64,000 bases of DNA from a virus (taxonomy: Duplodnaviria; Heunggongvirae; Uroviricota; Caudoviricetes), in the IMG/VR virus record IMGVR_UViG_3300021255_000128, positions 64,001 to 128,000 of that record; one strand, written 5' to 3'. The position numbers were made by a program, and so were the translations under genes. This document shows positions 9,396 to 23,300 of this stretch, piece by piece (the stretch's first letter is position 1; every line of letters begins with the position of its first letter). The notes beneath the pieces are model-generated. The model was not told the DNA's origin, made no database searches, and saw only the letters and a program-made list of their open reading frames with translations.

Positions 9396-11143
9396 AGTAA
9401 CTAGAGCTGAATTTGCAACAACTTGAAAAAGAGCATTAAACGCAGCAAGAAGAACTGTTGGTAAAAAGCCTCTCGATAAAGAGCCATCTAAAAGTTGGGA
9501 GGCTAAAATGCTTCTTGCTGAACATTCTCCTATTAGATTAGTTGAATATGATGTAACTTTTGAAGATATTAAACAATGGGTAACTACGCATCAATTAGGT
9601 GCCCTTATATAGAAATATATATTGAATAACCGTGTGAACAATAAGATTACAATTATTGGGTCATAATTGTATGGCTAACGGTGAAAGTCCTTAACTGAAG
9701 GATAACACCGTGATTATTAAATTAAATATGATAGGGATATATAAAATTACAAATAAAATTAATGGTAAAATTTACATAGGACAAAGTAAAAATATAACAC
9801 ATCGCTGAAAAGAACATAAATGAAGATCTAAAAATTGTCTTTATCCAATTCAAAAAGCAATCACTAAATACGGAATCGAAAATTTTGAATTTGAAGTAAT
9901 AGAAGAATGCTTAATTGAAGAGTTAGATGATAGGGAAATTTATTATATTACTTTATACGACTCTACAAATAAAGCAATAGGATATAATATTTCAAAAGGA
10001 GGAGATAGAGGTCCAACAATGTTTGGGGAAAATAATCCAAATTGTGTTATTTCTGACGCAATTGTTTCTGAAATAAGATCGCTTTATTTTAACGGATATA
10101 ATAAAAAAGAGGCTTATGCAGAAATACTTAAACTTCAGCAAATAAATAGTAATACATTTGCAGATATCTGAATTGGTAAAACACATAAACAAGTTGATTA
10201 TTATGTTTATGATGATGAATATAAATCAGAAATATTAGAACTTCATAGATTAAATAAAAGTAAAAATACAATTACTGCTGCAAAACAATATGTTCAAGAT
10301 ATAAGGAATAGTAAAGCAAGTGGTATTCCTATTTCTTCGTGTTATAAACAATATAAAGATAAAATTAGTAAATTTACATTTGATGATATTTGATATTATA
10401 GAGTATATCCATATATTATTCCTACTGTAGAAGATAAGTATGTACCTTTTAAAAAAGCTCCTAAACAGAATCCAGCTGTAGATCAATATGATTTAAGCGG
10501 AAATTTTATAAAAACGTTTAACTGTTTAGAGGACGCTATTGTTGAATTAAAAGGTAAATTTGATAAAAATGTTTCTACTAGAATTAGAAATGTCTGTAAA
10601 GGTATTACTAAATCTGCATGCGGATATATTTGAAAATTTAATAATTGTAACGACTAGAAGTGATGAGTGTAACTTCGTACACCAGAGACGTACTGGTGGA
10701 AGCGCACGGCCTCCAAAAATATGGAGGGTGAGATAGTCTATTCCTAATAGTAATATTAGGTAGTAAAGTTAGTTCGACATTGGCTTGGATTTATTCCATT
10801 TGTACATTCTCAACGTGAAGATCGTAGGAAACTTGAAGTTCCTAGAGATGAACTTCCTCAAGGATCATTAAATGATATGGATTTCTCTGTAAACGCTCAG
10901 GCAATGATAAATATTTCAAGAAAACGACTTTGTAATAAAGCTTCTCCAGAAACAAGAGATGCTTGGCAAAAAGTGGTTAATGCTATTGGAGAAATTGATC
11001 CTATAATGGCAGAAAAATGCGTTCCAAATTGTGTTTATCGAGGTTTCTGTCCAGAAATGGAAACTTGCGGATTTGTTAATTCTCCAAAATTTAAAGAAGC
11101 TCTTGAAAAATATAGAAATACAAATTATGATGAATCCAAGTAA
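9379..11143 (+). CDS. thyX: Flavin-dependent thymidylate synthase-like protein, spliced: exon 1 9379-9591, exon 2 10769-11143 (195 aa)
   Basis: LAEHSPI motif in exon 1. Splicing restores WVTTH|LVRHW...HSQR, followed by NAQAMINISRKRLC..ASPETR..CVYRGFCPE. Confidence 0.85.
9592..10768 (+). mobile_element. Group I intron in thyX (1177 nt) carrying a homing endonuclease
   Basis: 5' exon ends in U; P1 GCAU pairs with GUGC (U.G at the splice site). P4/P5 CTAACGGTGAAA..GATAACACCGTG, P7 GTAACGACTA, S-like TGAGATAGTCT, terminal G at 10768. Exons rejoin in frame. Confidence 0.92.
9728..10657 (+). CDS. Intron-encoded GIY-YIG homing endonuclease, 309 aa (five TGA)
   Basis: MIGIYKITNKINGKIYIGQS..HRW; C-terminal NUMOD1-like VDQYDLSGNFIKTF..CKG..ACGYIW. 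The stop TAG overlaps the P7 GACTA. Confidence 0.92.
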
Positions 11144-11510
11144 AACATGTTGTTATGGTGGATGAATTGCCCCTAATGGTGATTATTATGGATTAAATGA
11201 GGATGATATTGACTATATTCATATTGCATTATCAAATCGTTTAATGCAAGATGGATTAGTTCCTCCTCAATCAAATCCAGATAGATGGCTTGAAAAGAAT
11301 GGATGAATAAAACAACATGGTAATCATATTTGTACACTAGATAGAAAAGACTATGATTATTGTATAACTCAAAAACAATTAGAAACATTAAGAGATATAA
11401 TTGGCCAAGATTATATGTGGCTTGAGTTTGTTAATCAAGAGAAGACGGTCTTTATAAACGAATTATTTGACTTAAACTCATGAGAACTTCATTATCTTCT
11501 TGTAAATTAA
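11127..11510 (+). CDS. Hypothetical protein, 127 aa (three TGA)
   Basis: Open only with TGA=W; contains GW(TGA)IAPNGDYY. Could alternatively end at TGA 11481-11483, which overlaps the next ATG. Confidence 0.65.
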
Positions 11511-12187
11511 TCGCTATTGCTGGACTTAAAAATTCAGGAAAGGATACTGTTTCAGGAATGTTGGAGTACCTTTTAAACGCACCCAAACCATTTAAAACAT
11601 TTTTCTTCTATAATATTTTTAGAAAATGACCTGGTAAATGAAATACAACTGCATTTGCAAAACCATTAAAAGATAGTTTATCTGTAATATTAAATGTGTC
11701 AATTGATAGATTTGATGACAGGTATTTTAAAGAGAATGTATTTGTTGATTTAGATTCAATGTTAATAATTGATAAAAGTTTATTAGATGATGATGATATT
11801 TTATCAGAAAATAAATTTTCTAAATTAATTAAAACAGAAACACCTATTACAGGATATCTTTCTATTAGACAATTAATGCAATATTACGGTACATCTGTTA
11901 TTCGCAAATTTCTTGGAGATAAAACCTGAATCAATTCTACTTTAAATCAATGTGTGAGTAAAAATACAATAGTTTCTGATTTACGATTTAAAGTTGAATA
12001 TGATGAAGTAAAATTAAGAGATGGAATTATTATTTATATAGAACGTCCTGGATGTACACCTGGTTCACATTCATCTGAAAGAGAAGTTTTAGAAATGAAA
12101 GAACAAGGGTTGTTTGATTATACAATTCAAAATAACGGTTCTTTAAAAGATTTGTTTAATAAAATAAAAGACATTATAAATGCATAA
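11480..12187 (+). CDS. Deoxynucleoside monophosphate kinase, 235 aa
   Basis: Walker A IAGLKNSGKDT, AFAKPLK, RQLMQYYGT, KTW(TGA)IN, VSDLRF..E. Three TGA join the ORF-track pieces. Confidence 0.88.
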
Positions 12188-12605
12188 TATTACTTTTAGT
12201 TTGGGTGATCCATGTGGTGATGGTCATGGCCATTATTCAGAATATCACATGGAGTCAAATTATTCTGTAAAAGATATTCAAGGTGCTTATGAAACAGCAT
12301 GTACTATGATTGGATTTGATTTTACTGAAACGATTATGAATGAATATGCGTATGATTGATTTTTAGATCAGGATACAACAAATCTATTTTTAAAATATAA
12401 TTTGATTGATGAATCGGAAGTTAATAGAAATGATGAAAATTATCCTCTAAATTGTTTTTATTTTAACGGATTGGACGATTATTTAAATATTTTTTGCCGA
12501 CTTATACGATTAATCCTTCCTGATTTTATTTTAAGAACAAGAGATTTGAATGAAGAGAGGCTGTCTATATTAGATGGAGCAGCATACGGATTATTTTATG
12601 ATTAA
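12180..12605 (+). CDS. Hypothetical phage protein, 141 aa (one TGA)
   Basis: ATG 12180, LGDPCGDGHG motif, ends TAA. Confidence 0.65.
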
Positions 12606-12606
12606 T

Positions 12607-12837
12607 ATGGAAGAAGCTAAAAAGATAATTGCCCGTTTAATTGATTTAAAATATATTACTGGAGACGAAGCTTTAATATTATTTGAAGCTATAAATAAAC
12701 CAGGAGAGATAAAAATAGAACCTGTTACAGTTCCAATTAATTATCCAATTAATTATCCAACTACACCTTATTATAAACCATTCGAAGTTTGGTGTAATAC
12801 TAATGATACTACAACAAATTATAATACATCGAAATAA
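12607..12837 (+). CDS. Small hypothetical protein, Pro/Tyr-rich C-terminus
   Basis: Last + strand ORF before the convergent terminator. Confidence 0.55.
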   Translation: MEEAKKIIARLIDLKYITGDEALILFEAINKPGEIKIEPVTVPINYPINYPTTPYYKPFEVWCNTNDTTTNYNTSK

Positions 12838-12841
12838 ATAC

Positions 12842-12888
12842 AAAAAGCCCCTGCACCACGTAATGTGATGTAGGGGCTTTATTTTTTT
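12842..12888. terminator. Bidirectional intrinsic terminator between the convergent replication and late modules
   Basis: AAAAA-GCCCCTGCA..TGTAGGGGC-TTTATTTTTTT, flanked by A- and T-tracts. Confidence 0.88.
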
Positions 12889-15800
12889 ATAAGTCTTTGA
12901 ATAGATTAGATAGTTCTCGAGTTGTACCTACAGTTTTTGTCAAACCATAAAGAATGTTGCTATTACCATTAATAACACTTATTGCAGTATTATAATAGTT
13001 TTTTAACATTCCTAGAACAGGAGGAGTACCGTCACCAACAATTGCAGAGAATGTTTGGAATAATGGGCCATCTTGTGCAGCACCATACAATACACCGTGT
13101 GTTCATCTAGGTAAGAAATCTTGTTGATAAATTGGAGTTTCGTCAGTATTCCAGAATAATCTTAATAATAGAGAAATCAACATCAATTCAAATAAATCAA
13201 GCATCGACATATAAAGTTGGGAGCGATATAAAGGATGTTCGTTTCAGAAATCATTAAATTCTTTTGAATCTAAAGTAAATAGATGAGTTGCAACTAATCA
13301 ATCAGTCTGTAATTTACCGATGAATTGATTACCTCCAAGTTGTTTCCAATAGAAAGCACCTCTAGCTCATTCTTCTTCAGTTACTTCATCTTCCGGTTTA
13401 TCAATGAATTCGCCATGTTCAATATAACCAGATGAATTATAAACAGGAATTCTAACCATTTTTTTGCCATCTTTATTTGTAACATCTACTCATGTAAGAG
13501 TATTTGTATAACCCGGCTCAGCAAATCATTGAGCGGCTTGAGCAAGACCATATGTTTTATACTGAAAGAATAGCGAACCTAGTGTTTGTTTCTGTACGAT
13601 TGATTTGGTTTCTTCATCATAATTACCATATAAATCATCAGCAAATTGTTTAACATTTAATGTTTCTTGTGGAGATAGTGCTTGTGGTAACATATCACCT
13701 TCCTTTATTTCAGGATTTACTATTTGTCAAGATTTAATGGCTTGGAGATAATTCTGTTTCTCATTCTGATATTTTCTTCTTGTTTCAATATCTGGAATTG
13801 AGTCTTCATCGTCTCGATATTTTAGATAAGTTTCATATCTCTTATCTTTGGTCATATCATATCTTAAAACGCCATCTTTATCGAGAGAATAAGCATCTCA
13901 AGCACCAACTGTTCTTAAATGTCCTCCAAGAATAGCCATTCTATGAAGGAAGTCTGGACCAGTAGCAGTACTCATACTCTTATCCCCAAAGAATCCAAGA
14001 ACAGTTCACTGATTTACTTTAGATGAATGATTCATTTCTTCAAATGAGAAATTAACCATTCCATAAATAGCATTTAATTGATGGTAAAAACTAAAAATAC
14101 TGAAGTTTGAATGCTCATCTTTTGATGATCCAATACGACTCATTACATCTTCATAAGCTTCTGCAAAATTATCAGATGTTAAAAAACTAGGTCTTCCATA
14201 TCGCTCATGTATATCCATTTGTGAAATAAAACGATTGAAATGTTTTTTAATACCAGTAAGACCTTCTCTAAAGAACGCACGAGTGTTTCAACCTAGAGCA
14301 ATTGAAGCCGTCATGCCTTTAAGCATTCCTATTATAGCGTTTAGTGTTTGATTTTCAGGATCTCGAATATCGTGTCCGAAGAGTTTACTTTGTACAAAGT
14401 TATTTAGTGCTTTTCTAATGTTATCTATATCCAAACCTTGAGTTTTTTGCATATAATCTGCAACAACCATAAATGCAGTAAAGAATTCACAGAATCTTGG
14501 ACCAACCTCGGTTCTAACTCCAGATTGAATAATTGTCAACATTAGTGTATCAAGATTGCGCTCATAATGCATCGGACCATTTTCTTCAAGATGTTGTCGT
14601 CTTTCATTTTCATCAGATCAAGCAACATTTGGAAGATTTAGTGACATTTCAGAAAGTTGTTCTCTGGTTTTTGCAGAAACTTCTTTTCCGAAAACTAATT
14701 CAATTCCTAAGTTTTTAGCCTTCTTTCAAGATGTTTTTAATGCTGCTAAAGGACCCTCTCCAACAAGCATTTCAATACTATCAGCCAAGAATAGAGGCAT
14801 TTCATAGTATTCGTCCTGAAGTTTTGCTTCATCAAGAGAAAGATCTGGCCATCTGTATTTAGCATTGGTTTCTAGTAAGAATTGAAGGGCCTTTTTAGAT
14901 GACTCACCAGCATTTAAATCAGACGGATCAACTAATGTGAAACTAGTATCAATTTTTCCATCCTTATCATGTTTAAATCATTTCTCGAAGAATCTTCAAT
15001 CGTTTCCAATAATACCGGATCAACCCTCTTCTTTATAGGCAGCTTCTAGTAACTTAGATCACTTAGTTTGTTCCTCTAAGAATTTTAATCTTGCAGCAGT
15101 TCGATAATAACTCATCATTTCTGCAGCTTGTCTTGCTAATGGAGAAGTAGAACTACCAAAAGAGCGCATATCAATACCTGTAAGAGCGATACCATTAAAG
15201 ATTCTACCAAGATCTTTTTCTTGAAAAATATGGAAATTATGAATTGCTAGTAAAGCTCTTTCTAGATATGCAAAAGCATCCCATTCAGGTCTTCCGTACT
15301 CTTTATTTCTGATATCGTAGAGGTCTCTGTTTTCAGCACGTAATAAGTCTAATTTACGTTTGATTAATTCTTCAGACATGTCGCGTTGAGTGATAAGAAG
15401 ATTCTTTCGATTCTCGCTCTTTCCATTAATTAAACTTAATGTTTCAATATATTCATCAGCAATATCAACTAATGCATCTGCATCATTCATAAACGTATTA
15501 TATCCAAGATTACGTAATCGTTTACCAGTAGCCTCTTTATATCTAAATGCAAATGCATTTCAATTCTCAATTAAACGCGAATTGTTTTCATCATAAACAT
15601 GAGACTGATGAATGTTCAATGCACGAATAGAAGAGATTTTACGATTTTCTGTAAGCTTTGGATCAAGTGCAACTAAAGCAAGTGCTTTCATTAACATTAG
15701 ATTACCATAAGTTGCTTTCATAATTGTTCTGGTATCTGTTAAAGAACCATCTCTAACAAATGTACCAAGAACACTTGTTCCCAATGGTAATTTTACTTCT

Positions 15801-17377
15801 TTATTGATTTGGTGACCTTCATCAATTACTACAATTTCTAATTTATCACCTTTTGTGAAAAGATATATACCATTAGCATTTAATTTCTCATTTTCTTGAA
15901 AATTCCAGCCACATTGTATATATCTCTTAAAGGTGTGCATAATAGTATTATGATTACCAGGAGCGATATAATCAATAGTGTTTTCAAACTCTTGCACAGA
16001 AGTATCTTGAATTGCGTGTTTTAAATCCTTTCCAAAGTCTAAGAATCTTTGTTGTTTTCTAGCATTGATTTGCTCTACGTATTGTTTTAAAGGAGATTTA
16101 ACAACTTTTCCAGATGCATCAACAGTATCATCTGTTAATTCCGATTTAGTTTTACCATAAACAGGTAAATCGTTTCTAAATCCAGTAATAGTAGATTTTC
16201 TATAAAAAACAAAGCGATATCCTTTTTCGTAAGGTTCTGTATCTGGTCTAACTTTACGAATAATCTTCTCTTTCATATAATCTATATCTACATCTGTTGG
16301 AGTAAGTTCATTTCCAACTTCAGAACCTGGGAATGCGTCTGATAATAGTTTAGAAACTTCACCAAGAGTTGTATTTTCAACTTCAGGAGAACGTGAGAAG
16401 AAATCTCTAGCAACTTTTACATATATATGAGTATTTGGAATTACAATTTGTTCACCAACTGTAATACTATTTACTTGTGTAACTTCATTTTGAGCATTTG
16501 TTGTATAATTTGCCTTAAATGTTGCAAGAACAGCATCACCCATTGTAAAACCAAGGTCTCTAAGAATCTCTCTATAAGATGCTACTTGTGCTACATAAGA
16601 ATTTTTTGTTTGAAGTCAATTAGATGTATCAAGACCAGTAGTTTTAAAATCAATTACATGAACTACACCATTCTTATCAATTATTAATAAGTCTGGAATA
16701 GCTTCAATTGTATTGATTTCATTTGCAAGTCGTTTTAATGCACCAACAGGTTTCTTAGATTCAGATAACTCTTTAATAAGAGCGTTACCAAAGTTTTGAG
16801 TAAACATTTGTGCTTGATAAAACACTTGTTTACTCGGATCCGTTACTCCATATTTGTTATATAAAGATTGTATGAATCCGTGTTCTCCAGTTAACTCCGT
16901 TCTAAGATTTTTAGCTACTTCTGATGAAAAAGTTTTTGGTGTTGGAATTGGTTTGGCTTCAATTAAAGCACCGATCATTTGATCAACTTCTGTACCAACG
17001 TCTGTTCTTTTAATTATACCGGGTTGCGTTGATTTAGTATTATCTTCTTCATAAGAAGTATCATTTATAATACCTTGACCATAGTTTTTATAACGTCCAA
17101 ACTCACTATATAAACTAGTTATGCCAACAGATACTAATCCGGTATCAGGAAAACCACTAATTTTTTTATTAGCGCCCATCTTTTTACCTTTAGCGAGAAT
17201 ATCCTTCATTTTAGAAGAAGCTTCATCTAAAGATGAAAACGAGAATATTTTTCCTGTTCCAGATAATATAGCTTCCAAGGAAGCTGGATGACTATATAAC
17301 CAGTCATCCAGTTCCTCGTCGCTATGTACTGTTTTTACAACCTGATTGTTTAAAATTATTTGTATATTACAAGCCAT
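12887..17377 (-). CDS. Large virion-associated protein with N-terminal PD-(D/E)xK nuclease domain, about 1496 aa
   Basis: Single frame from ATG 17377 to TAA 12887 with 18 TGA. AIPDLLIID..HVIDFKT..W..Q..Y nuclease motif; LFFQYKTY in the C-terminal part; directly downstream of the RNAP gene as in crAss-like phages. Confidence 0.82.
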
Positions 17378-17380
17378 AAA

Positions 17381-20300
17381 TTAAATACATTCATCACTAA
17401 AGGTTATTCTATGATCTTTTAACGTTTGTCTAATCAGTTTATCTTTTATCTCATGGAGTCTGTCATTTAATGGAACTCTATTTATTGCAAAATCATTATT
17501 AAAAATACTAAACGCATTTGTTCCAAATTTATGTAAAACAGAACGTATAGATATATTACCCAATGTTGTAGGATCAAAGTCCTCTGGAATGGAACTATCT
17601 AGAAGTTCATTTAGTATATCAATAGTAATTCTTCCAATATCGCTAGCTTTCATTTCTTGATTTAATCCGTTTCAATTATTTTCAAATTGTTGTTTGAATC
17701 CTTCAGAAAGCATTTCTACTAATGCTTCTTCTTTTATATCAGAACCATTACGTAGATTGTATTTAGTTTTTGTTTTTTCTCAAATGTTTTGGATTATTGG
17801 ATTGGATGAATTTGGTATACTATTTACTAGTTGATAATAAAGCTCTTTATATCTATCATCAAATTTCATTGCTGCAAACACTAAGTGCATCATTTCATGT
17901 ATAGGTGCATCAATAGAAGCATTTGTAACATTTACATAAATTGTTCCATTATGAATAAATGCATCTGCGTTTGACGTTCTATTGAAATCTTCAGCATCTT
18001 CAAAAGTAACACCATATCCATTCTTTCGCATATCTTCCAATTCCGCTTTTGTTATAAGTTGAATAGGGATTCGTCCATTAAATTTAGAGGTAAGATAATC
18101 AACAATATGTTTCAAAATTTCAGTTTTGTTGTAATCTACTGAATTATTCGCAAGATAATAATCTTGTGCAGCACGCATTTTCGTTACATCTGAAACTTGG
18201 TAGTTGAATCTTCCGGACCATCTAAACGGCATATCAAATGTGAAATCTGAAATATTAATATCCATTATTGATTCAGTAGGTCCTTCTTCTCCATTCTCTC
18301 CAATAAAAGCGATTCCAAGTAAATTACCTTGTCTATCTCGTTTTTCCTTTACTTTGAATTTGTAATCAGCATTATCCAAGAACGAAAGTCTCCAACGAAG
18401 GTTTCTTAAGCTGTTATCCGTTCCACTCAATTCTTCTGCAAAGATGTCACGATAATCAAATCCAGGTCTACGAGCATCTAAGTTAGATAATCACCGATAA
18501 TAATTATTTACAAGTGAGAAAGGATTTCCAGAATTGTACATATCTTCAAATAAACGGGTCATACCTTGTGCAGTAAATCCATCTTTACCAACTAACAGGT
18601 TATAAATATAGAACAGATTACCAATTGTTCAAGTACCTTCAGGATCAACTTGTTGTGCTAATTCATTAGGTAATTTTTGATTCATAAGTGTTCTAAAACC
18701 ATTAGATATAGCGTCATATTTTAATTGTAGAGCTGGATTCTTGCTAACTTCAGAAACATTGAAAGGAAGTTGATATTGAATAGCTAATTTATTCATGTGT
18801 TTATTCCTTGTACTACCCGGTTGTAAAGCTTGAATAAATTCGTTATCTTGAAATATTTCTTTTAATCTTGGAATGATGTAGTTATCCATTAAATTCTTAA
18901 AGGTTGCACAACCTTCAACAGAAGATAATGTTACAAATTCGGTAGATAAATCTCCAGTAAGAGGATCTCTTCTATTTGCAATAGGTTTTGTTCAATCAGA
19001 TGTCTGATAATATAATTCTCCTTCGGGAACATAAATATTCAAATGTGACTGATAAGATAGTCATTTAAGAATCATTAAATCACTAACATACTTTTTAGTA
19101 ATTCCAAAAGCCTTAGAATCTAATGATTGTCCATATCCATAGTTAAATTTACCATCTTGTACTTTACCTTGTTTGATAACTTGATCAGCAAGCTCACGTT
19201 CCATTTTTAAAGCAATTGAACGCTCAATTAAATATCTATTTGTTCTAATTGTATCTAACATACTGCGATAATGTGGTACAGATATGGCCATTTGAAGAAC
19301 ATTATAAGTAGATTTTACTTGATTATACTGTTCAATTTGCTTTTGTTGGTATGTTTTTCCATCTGGATATGTGATTGTATTGGATAGGAATTCAATGTAA
19401 TTAAATGGTTCATAATTCGTTAATCCAGCATCCATGTACTTTTTATTTATGAATTTTTCGATTCTTGTAACTTTCGCATATTCTTCATAATCACCAGTAT
19501 CCATACCTTGATTGATACCATAAATTGCACCAAGAATTTGTTGTTCTTTTGTTGCTTGAAGAATATTCTGAAGTTTCTGTAAATCAGATTCATAATTCAT
19601 TGTTTTTGGATCAAGAACGAGTCGATTTAAAACATTATTCTTCGGAATCAAATATTTTCTAACATATCTATATGCTGAAACATAATCCTTTTTCTGAAGT
19701 TCACCATATTCAAAAAATGAATCTGTACGATAATAATCACTTACAGCATCTTCCTCAGAATCAATATAATCCATGTCTTCATTGTAAAGATAATATGCTT
19801 CTGCATCATAATCAACATCATCTTCAGGAACAGAATTTGGTGCATCTTCCGTTGTATTAGCATTATATGCCAATGTGGAAAGCAATGTTTCTTGTGCAAT
19901 CTTATCTTCCCGTAAGAGTTTATAAAGATTCTGAATTAATGTGCTATATTCTCCAGGATTCTCCTTTCGATTATTCACAATGCTGATTATTCTTTCAACC
20001 TGATCTTCTACATTTTGAACAAGAGCGACTCTTGTTTCTGTAGCAATATTTCTTAGAATTGCATCTAATACGTTCTGACCTTTAAACTGTGCTTTATTTA
20101 AAGTACCATTTTTATTAATACCATAAACCAAACGATGAATAAATGATTTGTTTTCATCGGAAATATTGGTAAGAATACTTTCAAATACATAATTATTAAT
20201 ATTTGGAAGTGTTCTCTGATCAAGTATAAATGCTACAGCATTATCAACATTAAATCTTGAAGTGGTTGGATCTAGAATAGAATCCTGAGAATATCTAGAT

Positions 20301-23300
20301 ACCAAATTAAATGTAGATGATGTCATAAATTCAGCAATATCTCCAAATGGTACACCGATCGATGTCAAATATGTATAAATATCGGCATATCTTGCTGTAG
20401 CGTTTAATTTGGCAAGAGCAAGTGTTTTTGCATTGTCTGTAGCTAAGGAAACAATACCTGACAACACCTTGGCTCCATCTTTCGGATTCTGATAGTTACC
20501 GTTAGCAAATTCATTTAAATCGGAGACTAATTGACCTAAATTAAACATAAATTCATCTCCATCTGGTATAATATATGCTTTAAGATTATTCTGCCCTGGA
20601 TCTACTTCATCAGAAGTTATTCTAATAGATAGTCCATCAGTTAACGCTTTTAGTCTTGTTAGATTTAGATTAACAAGCGTTGCTAATCCAGATGCTCCAA
20701 ACTTAGTATCAAATACAATGTCTTTAATGTGTCTGAAGATTACATTATTTACATCTGTACTTCCAGCAATTGGAATTAATTGTTCAATATTAGAAATAAT
20801 ATTATTGAAACAAGCCGTTAGTCCATAGAAAGCTTTTAAGGATACAGCACCAATACCAATAACAGCACGTCCAACCATATTTTCATACTGTAAATTATAT
20901 TTTACAGCTGGATTATCCCAAGTTTTTCCAAATTCTTCTATAGCGGCACTCTTTGGAATATAGTGTTTAAGGTCTGCCATAGCTTCATCAACTGGAACAG
21001 TCATATTATATTGAACGGCAGGACTTCTAAGAACTTTGTTAATCTTATGAACAACAAGATTTCTTAGTCCTGATTCTTTAGTACTCTTTGGAAGATTTCT
21101 ACTACTTTGATGTAAATTTATACGTTCTTCGATTTTACGCATTCTCTCTACATCTGGTAAATTCCAGTAAACACGTGTCGAATCACTATTGAGTATTGTT
21201 TTGATTATATCAAAATCACTTAATGTAGGATCATTGATTTCAATGTCACCCTCATCTTGACTAAATGTAAATGTACGATTGTCTGGAACACGTAAATCTA
21301 ATACTTGAGTAGGAGTATAATATCTATCAAGTTTAGATAGTGTTGCAATTTTTCCATCATCTGTTAACTCATAAGCCATCATCCAACCCTTATCAATATC
21401 AAGGTCAGAACCTTGTACTCACATTAAGAAGTTAGACATTAAAACGGCATTCTCATCAGAATCAAGTAACATTACAACATCAGCCGATGTACAGGATTGC
21501 ATGGACTGTGAAGGAATACGGTCAATAATGATTTTTAATTGAGCATTAAATGCATCTAAACGCTGTCTAGCTAGAGCCTGAATTCTATTCTTTTGTGCTC
21601 TATCTTCAGCACTATTTAAAGCATGACAAACTCAATCTAAATTATCGGAATTAACTTTAATATCATCTACGGTTCCACTAAATACAAAATTACTAATATT
21701 ATTTGGTTCTACATAACCTTTATTATTAATTTTGTGACGATACTGTCTTGCATAAAGTTGTTTCCAGTTAGAAGGCGTATAATTTAATACATGGTTGGAA
21801 TATAGATTTGTACTGAGTAATTCATCAAAATCATTTCAATCATTTATAATAATAACATTATAAATTGTTCCATCATTACCAACGTACAGCCTAAACATCT
21901 TTCCAGAAGCATCACCATAATCAATATCATCTTTCCAATAATGACCTCCAATTAATTTTATATCAGGATCAGAAACCGTTTGTTTAATACGATTTGTATT
22001 ATTGGCAAGACCACCAAGCATTACAAGTGTTTGAGTTCCATTTGAATTATGTAAAACTATATCATACAAATTAGATGGAACACTTAGTAAAGAAGGTCGA
22101 TATTGTAAATGTTGCAATTTCTTTTCAAAGAATTTAGCACCCTGTCGTTTAACATCATTAATTGTATCACCGTTTGTTAAACCTAGTTTTGCAGCAGATA
22201 ATTTGCCGATTGCAATTTCAATTGGAGATAATTGAACAGAATCAACAGTACCACCAGCAAATCCAATTTGTTGAGGAATGACTTCTCCAGAACCATTTGA
22301 AATTCTATCTAATAAAGGTAGCGTTGTATTAATAACTTCCCATTTAAATCGTTTTGTTAAGTCATCGACAATATATGGATCTGTTAAATCAAGACTATCG
22401 ACATCAATTGTTGGAAACGTGTTCCTTATAAGAGCTTTTATTGTTTCTAAATTTTCATCTAAATTAACAGTACCATCTAAAAGACCTCTTGTGTAAGCAA
22501 GTCCTCTAACGGTATCTAAATCCCAGATGGAGAATCTATTTCCTCCAATTGTAAATTCAATTTCACTGCCTCCAAAATCTTTTGGTTTACATTCTCAAAC
22601 ATAAATTTCTTTAGTACGATCTAATTTGTATTTGTAGTATTCAAGTAATTCTGGTCTATCAAGTTTGATTTCATCGCCATCTCATGTTAAATCATCTACA
22701 TTCTTAATTAAGATAGTGTCTCCAAATTTAAGATTATTTCTACTTGTTAACTTGATATATGGATTACTAGGAATTGTTCTATAAGAAGTGGTTCCATCTG
22801 CAAACTCAACTGCTTCTTGCGTAACAATAATTGATTTATCAGATAAAGCATTTAGTGCCTGTTGATAGCCACCACATTCTTTAATAAATTCTGTTCAGGA
22901 TAGTTTATAATCTCCGACTTGATGATATTGAATCATTCCAAAAGAAGGAGTCTGAACACCACCTAAACCAGCATACTTACGTCTAATGGCTTCTTTATTT
23001 AAGAATGATGTAATCGTGGCTTGGAAAGAAGCCTTAATTGTATTAGCGCTATAAGGAATTCTTACATTATAACTCTTATTTTCCAGGTCTTTATTTGCCA
23101 TAGCAACAAAAGCGTGTGCTAATCCAAGTACGTCTTTACTTCCAGAACTAAAAGATCTTACAAGCGCTTCACCAATAATCTTATAGATTTCAGTTTGATC
23201 GTTTCTATCAATTGCAAGATTTAATTGGTCAATTGCTTGTAATGCAACCATACCAATAGATTCGTAAATTTCATTAACTTCTCCAGTTTTTAATCCAGAT

